Assembly: GCA_902597375.1 (NCBI GenBank)
Contig: CACJXH010000001.1
Span: 12,195 to 76,194 of the forward strand
Direction: 5' to 3'
DNA from: an uncultured Candidatus Actinomarina sp.
GTDB taxonomy: Bacteria > Actinomycetota > Acidimicrobiia > Actinomarinales > Actinomarinaceae
DNA: 64,000 bases
Both the position numbers and the translations under genes were made by a program. The notes beneath the pieces are model-generated. The model was not told the origin of the DNA and made no database searches. It was given only the letters and a program-made list of their open reading frames with translations. Position 1 is the stretch's first letter, and each line of letters starts with the position of its first letter. Positions 33,732 to 42,971 of the stretch are shown here, piece after piece.

Positions 33732-34307
33732 CTATAAATCTTCTAATATGTAGCTCCCAATAATTTCTGAAAATTTTTCGATTGCAATTTTAATTTCATC
33801 AGGATCGTTGTCGGAAATTTGAAAGTATGTTTCAAAAAAACCTACTCCCCTATCTGACAGTGATTTAATAACAGATAAATTTTTAACTCCAAGACCCAAG
33901 GAAAAAAGGTAGGCAAGGGATGAAAATCTTTCTACGTCTTGTTGACTATAGTTTTCTTTAATCTGCTCAAATTTATAATCAACTAACTCTATAAAATCAT
34001 CTTCTTTTAGACCAGATTTTTTGAGCGCATCATGTTGTGAATAATTACTAATTACTATCTTCGAATTAGATGATGATGAGGTTAAAAGCTTTGGATTATT
34101 TTTAATTGCTTTGAGTGAGTAAAATTGGTTTTCCTGTAAATCTAAGATTTTCTTTATTTTTAAAATATCTTTATCAGAAAAAGATCTTGTTCCTCCTTTT
34201 GATCTATTCGGATTGATTAAACCTTCTTTTTCTAAAAATCTGATTCGTGATATTGTGACTGAAGGATATTCTTTTTTTATAATTTTTACAGCATTTCCAA
34301 TATTCAT
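33732..34307 (-). CDS. MerR-family transcriptional regulator (Rv1828-like)
   Basis: 191 aa with an N-terminal MerR HTH (GNAVKIIKKEYPSVTISRIRFLEKEGLINP) and a long C-terminal domain. It is immediately downstream of the FHA gene with a 4-nt overlap. Confidence 0.7.
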   Translation of the reverse strand: MNIGNAVKIIKKEYPSVTISRIRFLEKEGLINPNRSKGGTRSFSDKDILKIKKILDLQENQFYSLKAIKNNPKLLTSSSSNSKIVISNYSQHDALKKSGLKEDDFIELVDYKFEQIKENYSQQDVERFSSLAYLFSLGLGVKNLSVIKSLSDRGVGFFETYFQISDNDPDEIKIAIEKFSEIIGSYILEDL

Positions 34308-34654
34308 TTTTTATCAACTTTTGTAATAATCAAATTAAATTTCCCAATTTGGATTCTATGACCTGACATAAGAGTAGATTCACTTGTTAGCTCTCCATTA
34401 ACAAATATTCCGTTTGTTGATTTTTCATCAGTAATAACAACTATGTCATCATCAACACTTATAAAACCATGATTTCTTGAAACTGTTATATCATCAAGAA
34501 TAATTTCTTTACTTTCTAATCTTCCTATTTTGTGTATACCATTTGTTAGTAGCCATGATGATGACTTTGTGTCATCATTTAACAACGATAAGATGTACTT
34601 TGCTTCTTGATTAATGAAGATAGAATCTTCAAAGGGTATAGTGTCATTATTCAT
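34304..34654 (-). CDS. garA: FHA-domain protein (GarA/OdhI-like)
   Basis: 116 aa. The FHA core reads HKIGRLESKEIILDDITVSRNHGFI...TNGIFVNGE. It lies upstream of the merR-BFN-merR group as in Mycobacterium. Confidence 0.7.
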   Translation of the reverse strand: MNNDTIPFEDSIFINQEAKYILSLLNDDTKSSSWLLTNGIHKIGRLESKEIILDDITVSRNHGFISVDDDIVVITDEKSTNGIFVNGELTSESTLMSGHRIQIGKFNLIITKVDKK

Positions 34655-35244
34655 TTCTTTATATATATTTTATAGAAATATTCTAAAGCTACAAAATAGT
34701 AAAATATTAAGGAAATTACTCCAAAATATAGGAAAAATATAGACTCAAACCCTGCATTTATTACGAAAAAACATATAGAAAAAAATATTAAAACTGTACC
34801 TATTTTTCCATAATTAGATACAGATAATGTTTTAGTCTTTGTTAAAACATTTAAAGATCCAAGAACAACTAAAAACTCTCTGAATATAACTCCATAAAAG
34901 AACCACGAAGGAAAAATAGATGATAACCAAAAGATTAACAATATGAACACTATTCTGTCACACACAGGATCAAGAATAGTTCCAAGCCTACTGACTAGAT
35001 TAAACCTTCTTGCAACAATACCGTCTAGAGAATCAGAGAGCCCTATTAGAGCAATGATAAAAACTAAAGTAGGTGTTTGAAAGTCATTAATTGATTGTTG
35101 AAAAAAAAGATAAATAGAAACAAATAACCGAGTTAATGTAATAAGATTTGGTAAAAGTAATATATCTTTAGGAGTCAATAAAGAATTCCTTGGTATCATG
35201 GGTAGCAACGAAATGTCCGCCCCCAATATCAACCATCTTTTCAT
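34651..35244 (-). CDS. pgsA: CDP-alcohol phosphatidyltransferase (PgsA-like)
   Basis: The CDP-OH_P_transf motif DGxxARxx...G...D...D is present (DGIVARRFNLVSRLGTILDPVCDRIVF) in a multi-TM protein. An alternative start at Met16 (35199) would reduce the 77-nt overlap with the upstream ABC ATPase gene. Confidence 0.75.
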   Translation of the reverse strand: MKRWLILGADISLLPMIPRNSLLTPKDILLLPNLITLTRLFVSIYLFFQQSINDFQTPTLVFIIALIGLSDSLDGIVARRFNLVSRLGTILDPVCDRIVFILLIFWLSSIFPSWFFYGVIFREFLVVLGSLNVLTKTKTLSVSNYGKIGTVLIFFSICFFVINAGFESIFFLYFGVISLIFYYFVALEYFYKIYIKK

Positions 35245-36127
35245 CAGGATTATTTGATATTATTTTATCAAGCTCATCAAAATTAATAAGATACTTTTCT
35301 CGATTAAATGACGGATCCGGAATTGGGATTGATGAAATCAATCTTTTTGTATATGGATGTATTGGGTTTTGTAATAACTCTTCTGTCTCTGCAATTTCAA
35401 CGATTTTGCCATTAAACATAACAGCAATTCTATTACACATATATCTTGCCACAGCCAGGTCATGTGTAATGTATAAGTATGATACTTCTAATTCTTTTGC
35501 GAGGTTTAACATAAGATCCATTATTGAAATTCTTATGGAAACATCTAACATTGATGTTGGCTCATCGCATACTACAAACTTAGGTTTCATTACCAGTGTT
35601 CTTGCGATTGAAACTCTTTGTCTCTGTCCACCTGAAATTTCATGAGGGTATCTTCCAAGATAGTTTTCTGGTGGAGTCAAGCCTACGGTTCTTAAAATCT
35701 CAATAATTGCTTCTTCCCTTTCACTCAGAGATCCTATGTTATGAATATCAAGTGGCTCTTTTATAATATCTTTTATTGTCCATCTGGGATTCAAAGATTC
35801 GTAAGGATCTTGAAAAATCATTTGTATATTTCTTCTAAAAGTCTTCAATCCGTCTTCATTGATATTATCAAATGACTCCATACTCTGAGAATCAGGATTA
35901 TAAAAATTTATATTACCTGAAGTTTTTGGATCAAGTAAACATAAAGACCTTGCAGTAGTTGTTTTTCCACAACCACTCTGACCAACCAAACCTAGGGTTT
36001 CTCCAGCCTTAATATCAAAACTTATACCGTCTACAGCTTTGACTATTTTTTTATTTCTAGAAAACAAACTTTTAGAGACTTCAAAATGTTTTACTAGATT
36101 TCTTACTTCAATTAGATTATCAGCCAT
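35168..36127 (-). CDS. oppF: Oligopeptide/dipeptide ABC transporter ATP-binding protein (OppF/DppF-like)
   Basis: 319 aa with Walker A GQSGCGKTT, signature ISGGQRQRVSIAR and Walker B VVCDEPTSMLD. Confidence 0.85.
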   Translation of the reverse strand: MADNLIEVRNLVKHFEVSKSLFSRNKKIVKAVDGISFDIKAGETLGLVGQSGCGKTTTARSLCLLDPKTSGNINFYNPDSQSMESFDNINEDGLKTFRRNIQMIFQDPYESLNPRWTIKDIIKEPLDIHNIGSLSEREEAIIEILRTVGLTPPENYLGRYPHEISGGQRQRVSIARTLVMKPKFVVCDEPTSMLDVSIRISIMDLMLNLAKELEVSYLYITHDLAVARYMCNRIAVMFNGKIVEIAETEELLQNPIHPYTKRLISSIPIPDPSFNREKYLINFDELDKIISNNPDEKMVDIGGGHFVATHDTKEFFIDS

Positions 36128-36133
36128 TATAAA

Positions 36134-37102
36134 TTATTTTCCTTGACTACATATATCGGCAAAGTGATCTGGGTTCACTTCTACTAACCTCATGTGTTCA
36201 GACGGATTACATTCTGTATCTCTATTTGGACATCTAGGAGCAAATGAGCATCCTTCAATTTTATTTATAAGACTGGGTGGTTCACCATCTAGTGATTTTA
36301 ATTTTTTCTTTTCACCTCTTATTGAAGGTGTTGAGTCTAATAAAGCTCTTGTATAGGAATGAATTGGGTTTTTAAAAACATCTTTTGTTGGGCCCATTTC
36401 TACAATTGAACCTGCATACATAACGGCTATTTTGTCAGTCATTTCTGCAATTACTGCAATATCATGAGAAATATAAATTAAGCTTAAACCTAATAAATCT
36501 TGAACCTTTTTTATTTCATTAAGAATTTGGTCTTGTATAACTACGTCAAGTGCAGTTGTTGGTTCATCTGCAATTATAATTTTTGGATCACACGACAAAG
36601 CCAATGCAATTACAGCTCTTTGTTTCATACCTCCAGATAATTCATGGGGATACCTATCTGTGGTAGACTCGTCAAGCCCAACCATCCTAAATAATTCAAT
36701 AATCTTATTCATGTTTTCTTGTTTTGTGTTTTCGGGATAATGCTCTCTCATAGCTTCCCTAATTTGTTCTCCAATTTTAATTACGGGATTCCACGCATTC
36801 ATTGCGCCCTGAAAAACGATACTAATACTGTCCCATCTGACTTTCCTTAGATCATTTTCAGACAAACCAATTAATTCTTTTCCGTCAAGCTTTATACTTC
36901 CCTGTGTTATAACAGAATTATCAGGCTGAAGTTGTAACAAAGTCATGGCTACAGAAGTTTTTCCACATCCAGATTCTCCAACAAGACCAAAAGATTCACC
37001 ACTGTTTACTTCAAAAGAGATATTCTTGACAGCATCAACATTGCCTTCCATAGTGTCATAATGCATTGATAGATTTTTAACTTCAAGTAGTGCTTTACTC
37101 AT
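36134..37102 (-). CDS. oppD: Oligopeptide/dipeptide ABC transporter ATP-binding protein (OppD/DppD-like)
   Basis: 322 aa with Walker A GESGCGKTS, LSGGMKQR and IIADEPTTALD. The C-terminal Cys-rich tail (CSFAPRCPNRDTEC) is typical of OppD. Confidence 0.85.
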   Translation of the reverse strand: MSKALLEVKNLSMHYDTMEGNVDAVKNISFEVNSGESFGLVGESGCGKTSVAMTLLQLQPDNSVITQGSIKLDGKELIGLSENDLRKVRWDSISIVFQGAMNAWNPVIKIGEQIREAMREHYPENTKQENMNKIIELFRMVGLDESTTDRYPHELSGGMKQRAVIALALSCDPKIIIADEPTTALDVVIQDQILNEIKKVQDLLGLSLIYISHDIAVIAEMTDKIAVMYAGSIVEMGPTKDVFKNPIHSYTRALLDSTPSIRGEKKKLKSLDGEPPSLINKIEGCSFAPRCPNRDTECNPSEHMRLVEVNPDHFADICSQGK

Positions 37103-38166
37103 TAGCGTCTTCTTAACCTTGGATTAAATACATCATCTAGACCTCTACCTACTAAGTAAAATCCTCCAGCAAGCAATGTTACTGATAATCCAGCAGGTAA
37201 AATTAACCACCAATATTTAAGACCTGTAAAAATAAAGCCTTCTGCTTGTGCTAAATAAATCATTATTCCCCAGCTCATATCAATATTTAATAAACCAAGG
37301 AAAGATAAAACACTTTCAGATGCTATTGCCCCGGTGACGCTAAATACCATAAAGAGTAAAGCAAGTGGTGCTACATTCGGAAGAATATGAGAAAACATTA
37401 TTCTTCTTTTGCTACCACCAGTAATCCTTGCTGAGTCAACAAATGGCTTAACTTTCACTTGTAGAGCTTGTGATTTTACAGTAATAACTGAGCCGCCCAA
37501 ACCACCAATGGTCCCTAGTACTACAGCTAAATGCCATATTTGTAGCTCAGCAAATGCAGATATAATAAATAAGAACGGCAATGTAGGAAGCATTAGAACT
37601 AAGTCAGATTGCCTCATTAGATAAGTATCTAATACCCCACCATAAAAAGCTGCAGCGGTTCCTAAAAGTGTTGAGATACCAACACCTATAATTGCACTTA
37701 TTAATCCTAATACAAAAGCAACTTGGCTACCCTCCATAATTTGAGAGAATATATCTCTACCTAAAGAGTCAGTACCAAGTATATGCCTACTTGAAGGAGG
37801 TGCAGGCTGAACATTTGATTCATAAATTTCACCTACTTCTCCTTCAATATTGAATGCTTTCAAATACCGAATATTAACTTCGTCGACACGAGGACAGTCT
37901 CCCTCTTGTTGATATTCTTTTGTAGGATATTGTGTAGGACATTCAACAATTGTTCGTCCTACTTTTTCGGCATCATAACCAACTACAGGATGGTAAATGC
38001 CTTCATCCCAAATCCCAGTAAGGAACAACAAAGGCTGTAATATTGACAAAAAACCAAAGAAAACAACAATACCTAAACCAGTCATCCCAAGTCTGCTTTG
38101 TTTAAACAATCTCCAATTTTTTTTAATAGTTGCTTTTATATCTCTGTCAAAATTCTCGTTTTCCAT
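37102..38166 (-). CDS. oppC: ABC transporter permease (OppC/DppC-like)
   Basis: 354 aa polytopic protein. It has an N-terminal extracytoplasmic loop with Cys residues before the BPD_transp_1 core. Confidence 0.8.
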   Translation of the reverse strand: MENENFDRDIKATIKKNWRLFKQSRLGMTGLGIVVFFGFLSILQPLLFLTGIWDEGIYHPVVGYDAEKVGRTIVECPTQYPTKEYQQEGDCPRVDEVNIRYLKAFNIEGEVGEIYESNVQPAPPSSRHILGTDSLGRDIFSQIMEGSQVAFVLGLISAIIGVGISTLLGTAAAFYGGVLDTYLMRQSDLVLMLPTLPFLFIISAFAELQIWHLAVVLGTIGGLGGSVITVKSQALQVKVKPFVDSARITGGSKRRIMFSHILPNVAPLALLFMVFSVTGAIASESVLSFLGLLNIDMSWGIMIYLAQAEGFIFTGLKYWWLILPAGLSVTLLAGGFYLVGRGLDDVFNPRLRRR

Positions 38167-38167
38167 A

Positions 38168-39340
38168 TTAACTATCCGCTTTAACTCTTATACGTGGATC
38201 AAGAAAAGCATATGATACATCTGCTATGAAATGTGCAATTAAAGCTAATATTCCAATAAATGAAAATGATGCCATTGCAAGGGGTATATCTTCCCTAGTG
38301 ACTGCTTCAAGTATAAGTTGACCCATGCCAGGCCATGAAAAAATTGATTCAGTCAATACAGAACCATCGATGATTGTAATTATGGTAAAGATAAAAGATG
38401 TAACTACAGGCAATAGAGCTGTTCTCGCAGCATGTCTATCCCTAATTCTTTTTTGACTAAGACCTTTTGCTCTAGCGGTAAGAATATAATCATCTTTTAG
38501 TACCTCCATCATTGTTGTACGTGTTAATAAAGCAGTACCCGCGAATGCAACTAAAGTGACAGTAAATGTGGGCAAGATCATATGAAAAGCAATGTCAGCT
38601 GCATAAAATCTTTTTAACGATGCTTCACCATTACTCCAGTAAATAGAAGCTAAAACTAATAGAAATAATAAACCTACAATTCTTGCATTTCGTCTATTCT
38701 CTAATGATTCGATATTTCTTGTGAAAATAAAAACTAAAAATAATAAGAAGGAACCGATTGTTGTAAACAAAATTAATGTATAGAAAATTTCATCACTTGA
38801 ATATGGCGAATCGTACCATTTTTCAGGAACTAAAAATTTACCAAGCGGGAACCAGTTCATTTTATATCCAAAAAACCATAGCATCATTAAAGCGAACCAG
38901 GGATAAAAAACAGTATAAGAAAAGACAGAACCAATAGTTATCCATGTTTCAGATTTTGAACCCCTCCTCCACGCTAGGACTTTCCCAACTAAAAACCCTG
39001 AATAAAATGCTATAACATTAACAATTGAAAACAACATTAATGTCCTAGGTAGTCTTTCTGCAATAACTTCAATTGGAGAACGCGGATAGTAAATGTATGA
39101 ATATCCAAAATCACCTTTGAAAAAATTAATTATATAAAGCTGTACACGTTCAAATAAAGGTTTATCGAGTCCAAATAATTCAATTGTGCGCTGGTAGGTC
39201 TCAGGTGGTAATAATGGGTTTAAAAGTAAACTTGAAAATGCATTACCAGGTATTGCATTGAATAAAAGATAAGAGATTATAAGAAAAAGAAAAAATACAA
39301 TAATCATTTCAAAAAATCTTTTAACAGTGTAAATTAACAT
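38168..39340 (-). CDS. oppB: ABC transporter permease (OppB/DppB-like)
   Basis: 390 aa polytopic protein with the EAA-like loop region (LTARAKGLSQKRIRDRHAARTALLP). Confidence 0.8.
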   Translation of the reverse strand: MLIYTVKRFFEMIIVFFLFLIISYLLFNAIPGNAFSSLLLNPLLPPETYQRTIELFGLDKPLFERVQLYIINFFKGDFGYSYIYYPRSPIEVIAERLPRTLMLFSIVNVIAFYSGFLVGKVLAWRRGSKSETWITIGSVFSYTVFYPWFALMMLWFFGYKMNWFPLGKFLVPEKWYDSPYSSDEIFYTLILFTTIGSFLLFLVFIFTRNIESLENRRNARIVGLLFLLVLASIYWSNGEASLKRFYAADIAFHMILPTFTVTLVAFAGTALLTRTTMMEVLKDDYILTARAKGLSQKRIRDRHAARTALLPVVTSFIFTIITIIDGSVLTESIFSWPGMGQLILEAVTREDIPLAMASFSFIGILALIAHFIADVSYAFLDPRIRVKADS

Positions 39341-39385
39341 ACTTCCTCTTTAATTTTAAAAGTGACCTTACATAAATAATAAATG

Positions 39386-39411
39386 AAAAGTGGGTATTTC
39401 TACCCACTTTT
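39386..39411 (-). terminator. Intra-operon stem-loop between the substrate-binding-protein gene and permease genes (putative partial terminator)
   Basis: AAAAGTGGGTA-TTTC-TACCCACTTTT is a perfect 11-bp stem with A/T-run arms, so it can terminate in either orientation. This is the classic position for raising the SBP:permease ratio. Confidence 0.5.
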
Positions 39412-39429
39412 CAATTCTAATGTTAACTT

Positions 39430-41421
39430 CTATTTGTTAACTTTTACACTACCAGGTAAACCATAAAGGTTTGACATAGCACCTAGAACTTCTGTGTAAG
39501 GAAATTCTATGTTGTTTCTGTATGCCTCAATTAATGGTGGTGTAAATAATACTAAATATGGAAGATCTTCAAATAAGATTGTTTCCATTTTTTTAGCAAC
39601 TACTTGTGCTTCACCGACTGATTTTGCTGCATTAAATTCTTCTGCTAGAGCATCATACTCTGGATTACTATATCCAGGTGTATTCAAACCACCAGCACAT
39701 GCATCTGCGTCAGTCTCGAAAAAGTCAACAATATGATCAGGATAAGGTGTTAATCCCCAACCCAACATATACATAAACCATTCATCACAAGTCTCTGGAT
39801 CAAGAATAAGGTCAACAATAATGCTAAAACCAGTTGGTCTAGCAACTGCATCAATACCTAATTGCTGCATCCAGTCAGCAATAAATAGTGAGAATGTTGA
39901 TCTTATTGGATCATATCCGGCAGATGGTGCGTAAAGCAACATATCTGAAGGCATTGCTTCTCCATTTGGACCTCTAAGGTTTGTAGGTGCAATAGCTCTT
40001 TCAGCTCCACCTGGGTGTGATCCCCAGTCATCGGCTTGCCATCCAGCATCTTGAAGGATGCTAATTGACTTGTTCCATCTTTCTTCAAAGTTCATGCCAT
40101 TACATTCAGCTAGAACTCCTTGAACTGGAGATACCCATGATGTTAATGCAGGTGGCATAACGCCATCCATATTTATCACAGCTCCAGCAAGAATACTTTC
40201 GATAATGTAGTCTTTATCGACAATACATGCGACTGCTTGTCTGAAAGCCTGATTATCAGTAGGGAACTTACCTGCTCTTGTGTTAAAGGCTAAGTATCTA
40301 AAACCATTTGATTGGTTTGTAATAACTTCTACATCGCCTTGTGCGATTAATGCTTCAAGTGCATTTCTCTTTAATCCAAGTGGATTAAGAACAAAATCTA
40401 CTTCTCCGCTTTGGAAAGCTAAGTATGCAGCATCTTGATCACCATAAAGTGAGAATTCAACTGTACCAACGTACGGACCGTCAGTCCAAGAAATTGAATC
40501 TCCACTTAAGTCACCAAACTCATATGAAACTTTTGGTGCAACTCCATTATCTAAGTTATAAGAAACACCACCATTTGCGTAAACAGTGTTGTCTCCACCA
40601 AAATACATTGTGTCTGAGTCATATTCCCATGTATAGAATGCTCCCTTTTCAAGAGTTCCATATTCAAATGCACCAGCAACTGGTACACCATCCACAGGAG
40701 CAGCTAATAAAGTTTCTCTATCAGTTGCATATTGTGACCAATAATGTTCTGCAACAAAAGATGCACTAGCAACACCGTATTGCCATATAGACAATCCTGG
40801 GTCAAAGTTAAATGTTATTTTAACTGTATAGTCATCAATTGCTTCGATGTTAGTAAGACCTTGTGAAACAGTTCCATCTTCTCTTTCAGTAGCTAATGGA
40901 TAACTATTAGTCCAACCACCTAACATTCCTAGATCTCTAACGGTTTCAAAAGTGAATACCATATCGTTAGCATCTATAGCTTCGCCATCACTCCATTTAA
41001 ATCCTTGGTGCATCGGAACAGTGTAACTAAAAGTTCCGTCTCCATTATCAACGGAAGTTTCTACTAATTCAGATGCCATGTTAGTGACTAACGTATAGCT
41101 AGGATAGTTTGTTCCAAACAAACTTGTTGCTTGGGGACTTAAAGTTGCAAAAGTCCAATAGTCTTGCTGCACATCGACAGCGTCCCAAATATTGAAGCCT
41201 TGTGAATCAGAATAGATACCCATTTTAAATACACCTTCAGGTGCATTAGAGACTTCTTCAACTTCTGCTGCAGTAGTTGCAGGAGCAGCTTCTTCAGCTA
41301 CTTCCTCTTCAACAACTGTTTCTTCTTCAACTGCATCGCCACCACAGGCAACAACAATCATTGCAAAAATTGAGAAAAGTACAATAAATTTGTATCTAAC
41401 TGAGCCCTTATAATTACTCAA
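39430..41421 (-). CDS. oppA: ABC transporter substrate-binding lipoprotein (SBP family 5, OppA/DppA-like)
   Basis: The start is assigned to TTG 41421, which lies 5 nt after a perfect AAAGGAG RBS; the longest ORF begins at ATG 41472. A lipoprotein signal (KGSVRYKFIVLFSIFAMIVVAC-GG) is followed by an acidic low-complexity linker (EEETVVEEEVAEEAAPATTAAEVEEV), then the family-5 SBP body. Confidence 0.75.
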   Translation of the reverse strand: MSNYKGSVRYKFIVLFSIFAMIVVACGGDAVEEETVVEEEVAEEAAPATTAAEVEEVSNAPEGVFKMGIYSDSQGFNIWDAVDVQQDYWTFATLSPQATSLFGTNYPSYTLVTNMASELVETSVDNGDGTFSYTVPMHQGFKWSDGEAIDANDMVFTFETVRDLGMLGGWTNSYPLATEREDGTVSQGLTNIEAIDDYTVKITFNFDPGLSIWQYGVASASFVAEHYWSQYATDRETLLAAPVDGVPVAGAFEYGTLEKGAFYTWEYDSDTMYFGGDNTVYANGGVSYNLDNGVAPKVSYEFGDLSGDSISWTDGPYVGTVEFSLYGDQDAAYLAFQSGEVDFVLNPLGLKRNALEALIAQGDVEVITNQSNGFRYLAFNTRAGKFPTDNQAFRQAVACIVDKDYIIESILAGAVINMDGVMPPALTSWVSPVQGVLAECNGMNFEERWNKSISILQDAGWQADDWGSHPGGAERAIAPTNLRGPNGEAMPSDMLLYAPSAGYDPIRSTFSLFIADWMQQLGIDAVARPTGFSIIVDLILDPETCDEWFMYMLGWGLTPYPDHIVDFFETDADACAGGLNTPGYSNPEYDALAEEFNAAKSVGEAQVVAKKMETILFEDLPYLVLFTPPLIEAYRNNIEFPYTEVLGAMSNLYGLPGSVKVNK

Positions 41422-41446
41422 TATTTCTCCTTTTTGTATACAAAAA

Positions 41447-41466
41447 ATCCACTTAAAAAAGTGGAT
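41447..41466 (-). promoter_or_regulatory. Perfect inverted repeat ATCCACTT-AAAA-AAGTGGAT in the opp leader, just upstream of the RBS
   Basis: 8-bp arms seen directly. It lies within the 5' UTR/promoter-proximal region of the opp operon. Possible operator or leader hairpin. Confidence 0.4.
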
Positions 41467-41643
41467 AAACATATAGTAGGTATGAATTATGTGATATCAA
41501 CATATAATTAAATTTTATTTATACATCTAGTTGATAAATAAGATCTAATTGTTTAAGAAAATAGTAATTATTACCTGATAAATTCTTATAACCAAGTAAA
41601 AACCAAAGAAGAAAACACCAATTTTAAATCCAAAATTTTCCAT

Positions 41644-42945
41644 TTAAATTTTTACCTTAATTTTTAAAGCTACATTTTTAAAATTATGGTCACTTCTTAA
41701 CTTATTTTCGATAAAAGAAATATAGTTTTTAGGAATTCTAGAACTTAAATTAAAAGAAAATGAAGGGGGTTGAGTATCGTATTGTGTTACATATTTTAGT
41801 TTTGCCCTTCTGCCTCTAAAAGGATGAGGTGGATTTGCAACCCATAATTCCCTAAAATATAGATTTAAATCAGAAGTATCTATTCTATTTTCTAATTGTG
41901 AGATGATTTCATCTAACGTGGCTGAAAATTTGTTTAGGCCTTTTTTTGTTAATCCAGAAATTCTTAATATTTTTAACCAAGTAAATTTTTTAAGTTGAAT
42001 TTTTATGTTTGAATTAATTCTATCCTTATCTTCTTCACTAAGAAGATCCCATTTATTAAGAATAAGAATAGGTGTGCAGAAGTTTTCTACCGATTCATTG
42101 ATTAACCGTAAATCTTCAAAATTTATACCTTCACTTGAATCAATAACAATAAAAGAGACTAATGAACTATCCAATGTGCTTAATGATAACTTTGAAGCAT
42201 AACGATCAATCTGATCTTTTTGTTTTTTTCTAGGGACACCTGCAGTATCAATAATATTAAATAATTTATCATCGAATAGTACCTCTTCACTAACAGAATC
42301 TCTTGTTGTTCCTGGTTTATTTGAAACAACTGATCTCTCTCTATCTAAAAAAGCATTGAATAGTGTTGATTTTCCTGAATTTGGTTTTCCAATTATCGAA
42401 ATAGCATTCCTATTTTTAAAAACACCATTTATTTCCTTACCTGAAAATTTAATTAAGTTATCTAATAATTCATCAGTGCCAATTTTGTGATATCCAGAAA
42501 TAAAAGTTTCTTTGCCATATATATATTTGAACATCCTTTTATCAAGGTCGTAATGATTAAAATTTTCACATTTATTAAAAACTGTTGTTGTTTTAGTCTC
42601 AACTTTAACAAGTTGTAATAGGTTGTTTATTTTATCCAGACCACTAAAGTTTTTTGAATTTATATCAATCACAAACAATATTCGATCTGCATCTTTCAAA
42701 AATTGTTGTAGTTTGTTTTGAAAAGCTTTATTAAAGTCATCAGGATTATCATCAAAACCTGGCAAATCTGACAATATTATTTGTTTATTGTTTAGTTCTA
42801 AGTAAGTACTTATTTTATCTCTAGTCGTATTTGGTTCAGAACCAACAATAGAACTTTTTGTGTTTGTAAGTGAATTTATTAGTGTAGATTTACCTGAATT
42901 AGGTAAACCAATTAATATCACTTCATTTTTTTTATTTTCGTTCAT
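41644..42945 (-). CDS. der: Ribosome-biogenesis GTPase Der (EngA)
   Basis: 433 aa with two tandem GTPase domains (GLPNSGKSTL and GKPNSGKSTL G1 motifs, DTAG G3) plus a C-terminal KH-like domain. Confidence 0.9.
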   Translation of the reverse strand: MNENKKNEVILIGLPNSGKSTLINSLTNTKSSIVGSEPNTTRDKISTYLELNNKQIILSDLPGFDDNPDDFNKAFQNKLQQFLKDADRILFVIDINSKNFSGLDKINNLLQLVKVETKTTTVFNKCENFNHYDLDKRMFKYIYGKETFISGYHKIGTDELLDNLIKFSGKEINGVFKNRNAISIIGKPNSGKSTLFNAFLDRERSVVSNKPGTTRDSVSEEVLFDDKLFNIIDTAGVPRKKQKDQIDRYASKLSLSTLDSSLVSFIVIDSSEGINFEDLRLINESVENFCTPILILNKWDLLSEEDKDRINSNIKIQLKKFTWLKILRISGLTKKGLNKFSATLDEIISQLENRIDTSDLNLYFRELWVANPPHPFRGRRAKLKYVTQYDTQPPSFSFNLSSRIPKNYISFIENKLRSDHNFKNVALKIKVKI

Positions 42946-42971
42946 ATTTTAAATATAGCTAATCTTATTTT

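Noticed and set aside
35190-35645. 151-aa ORF on the plus strand
   Set aside because: It is fully contained, antisense, within the well-supported oppF ATPase gene, and has no motifs.
40425-40769. 114-aa His/Gln-rich ORF on the plus strand
   Set aside because: It is antisense to the middle of the oppA-like SBP gene. Its composition is the mirror of the sense-strand codon usage, making it a shadow ORF.
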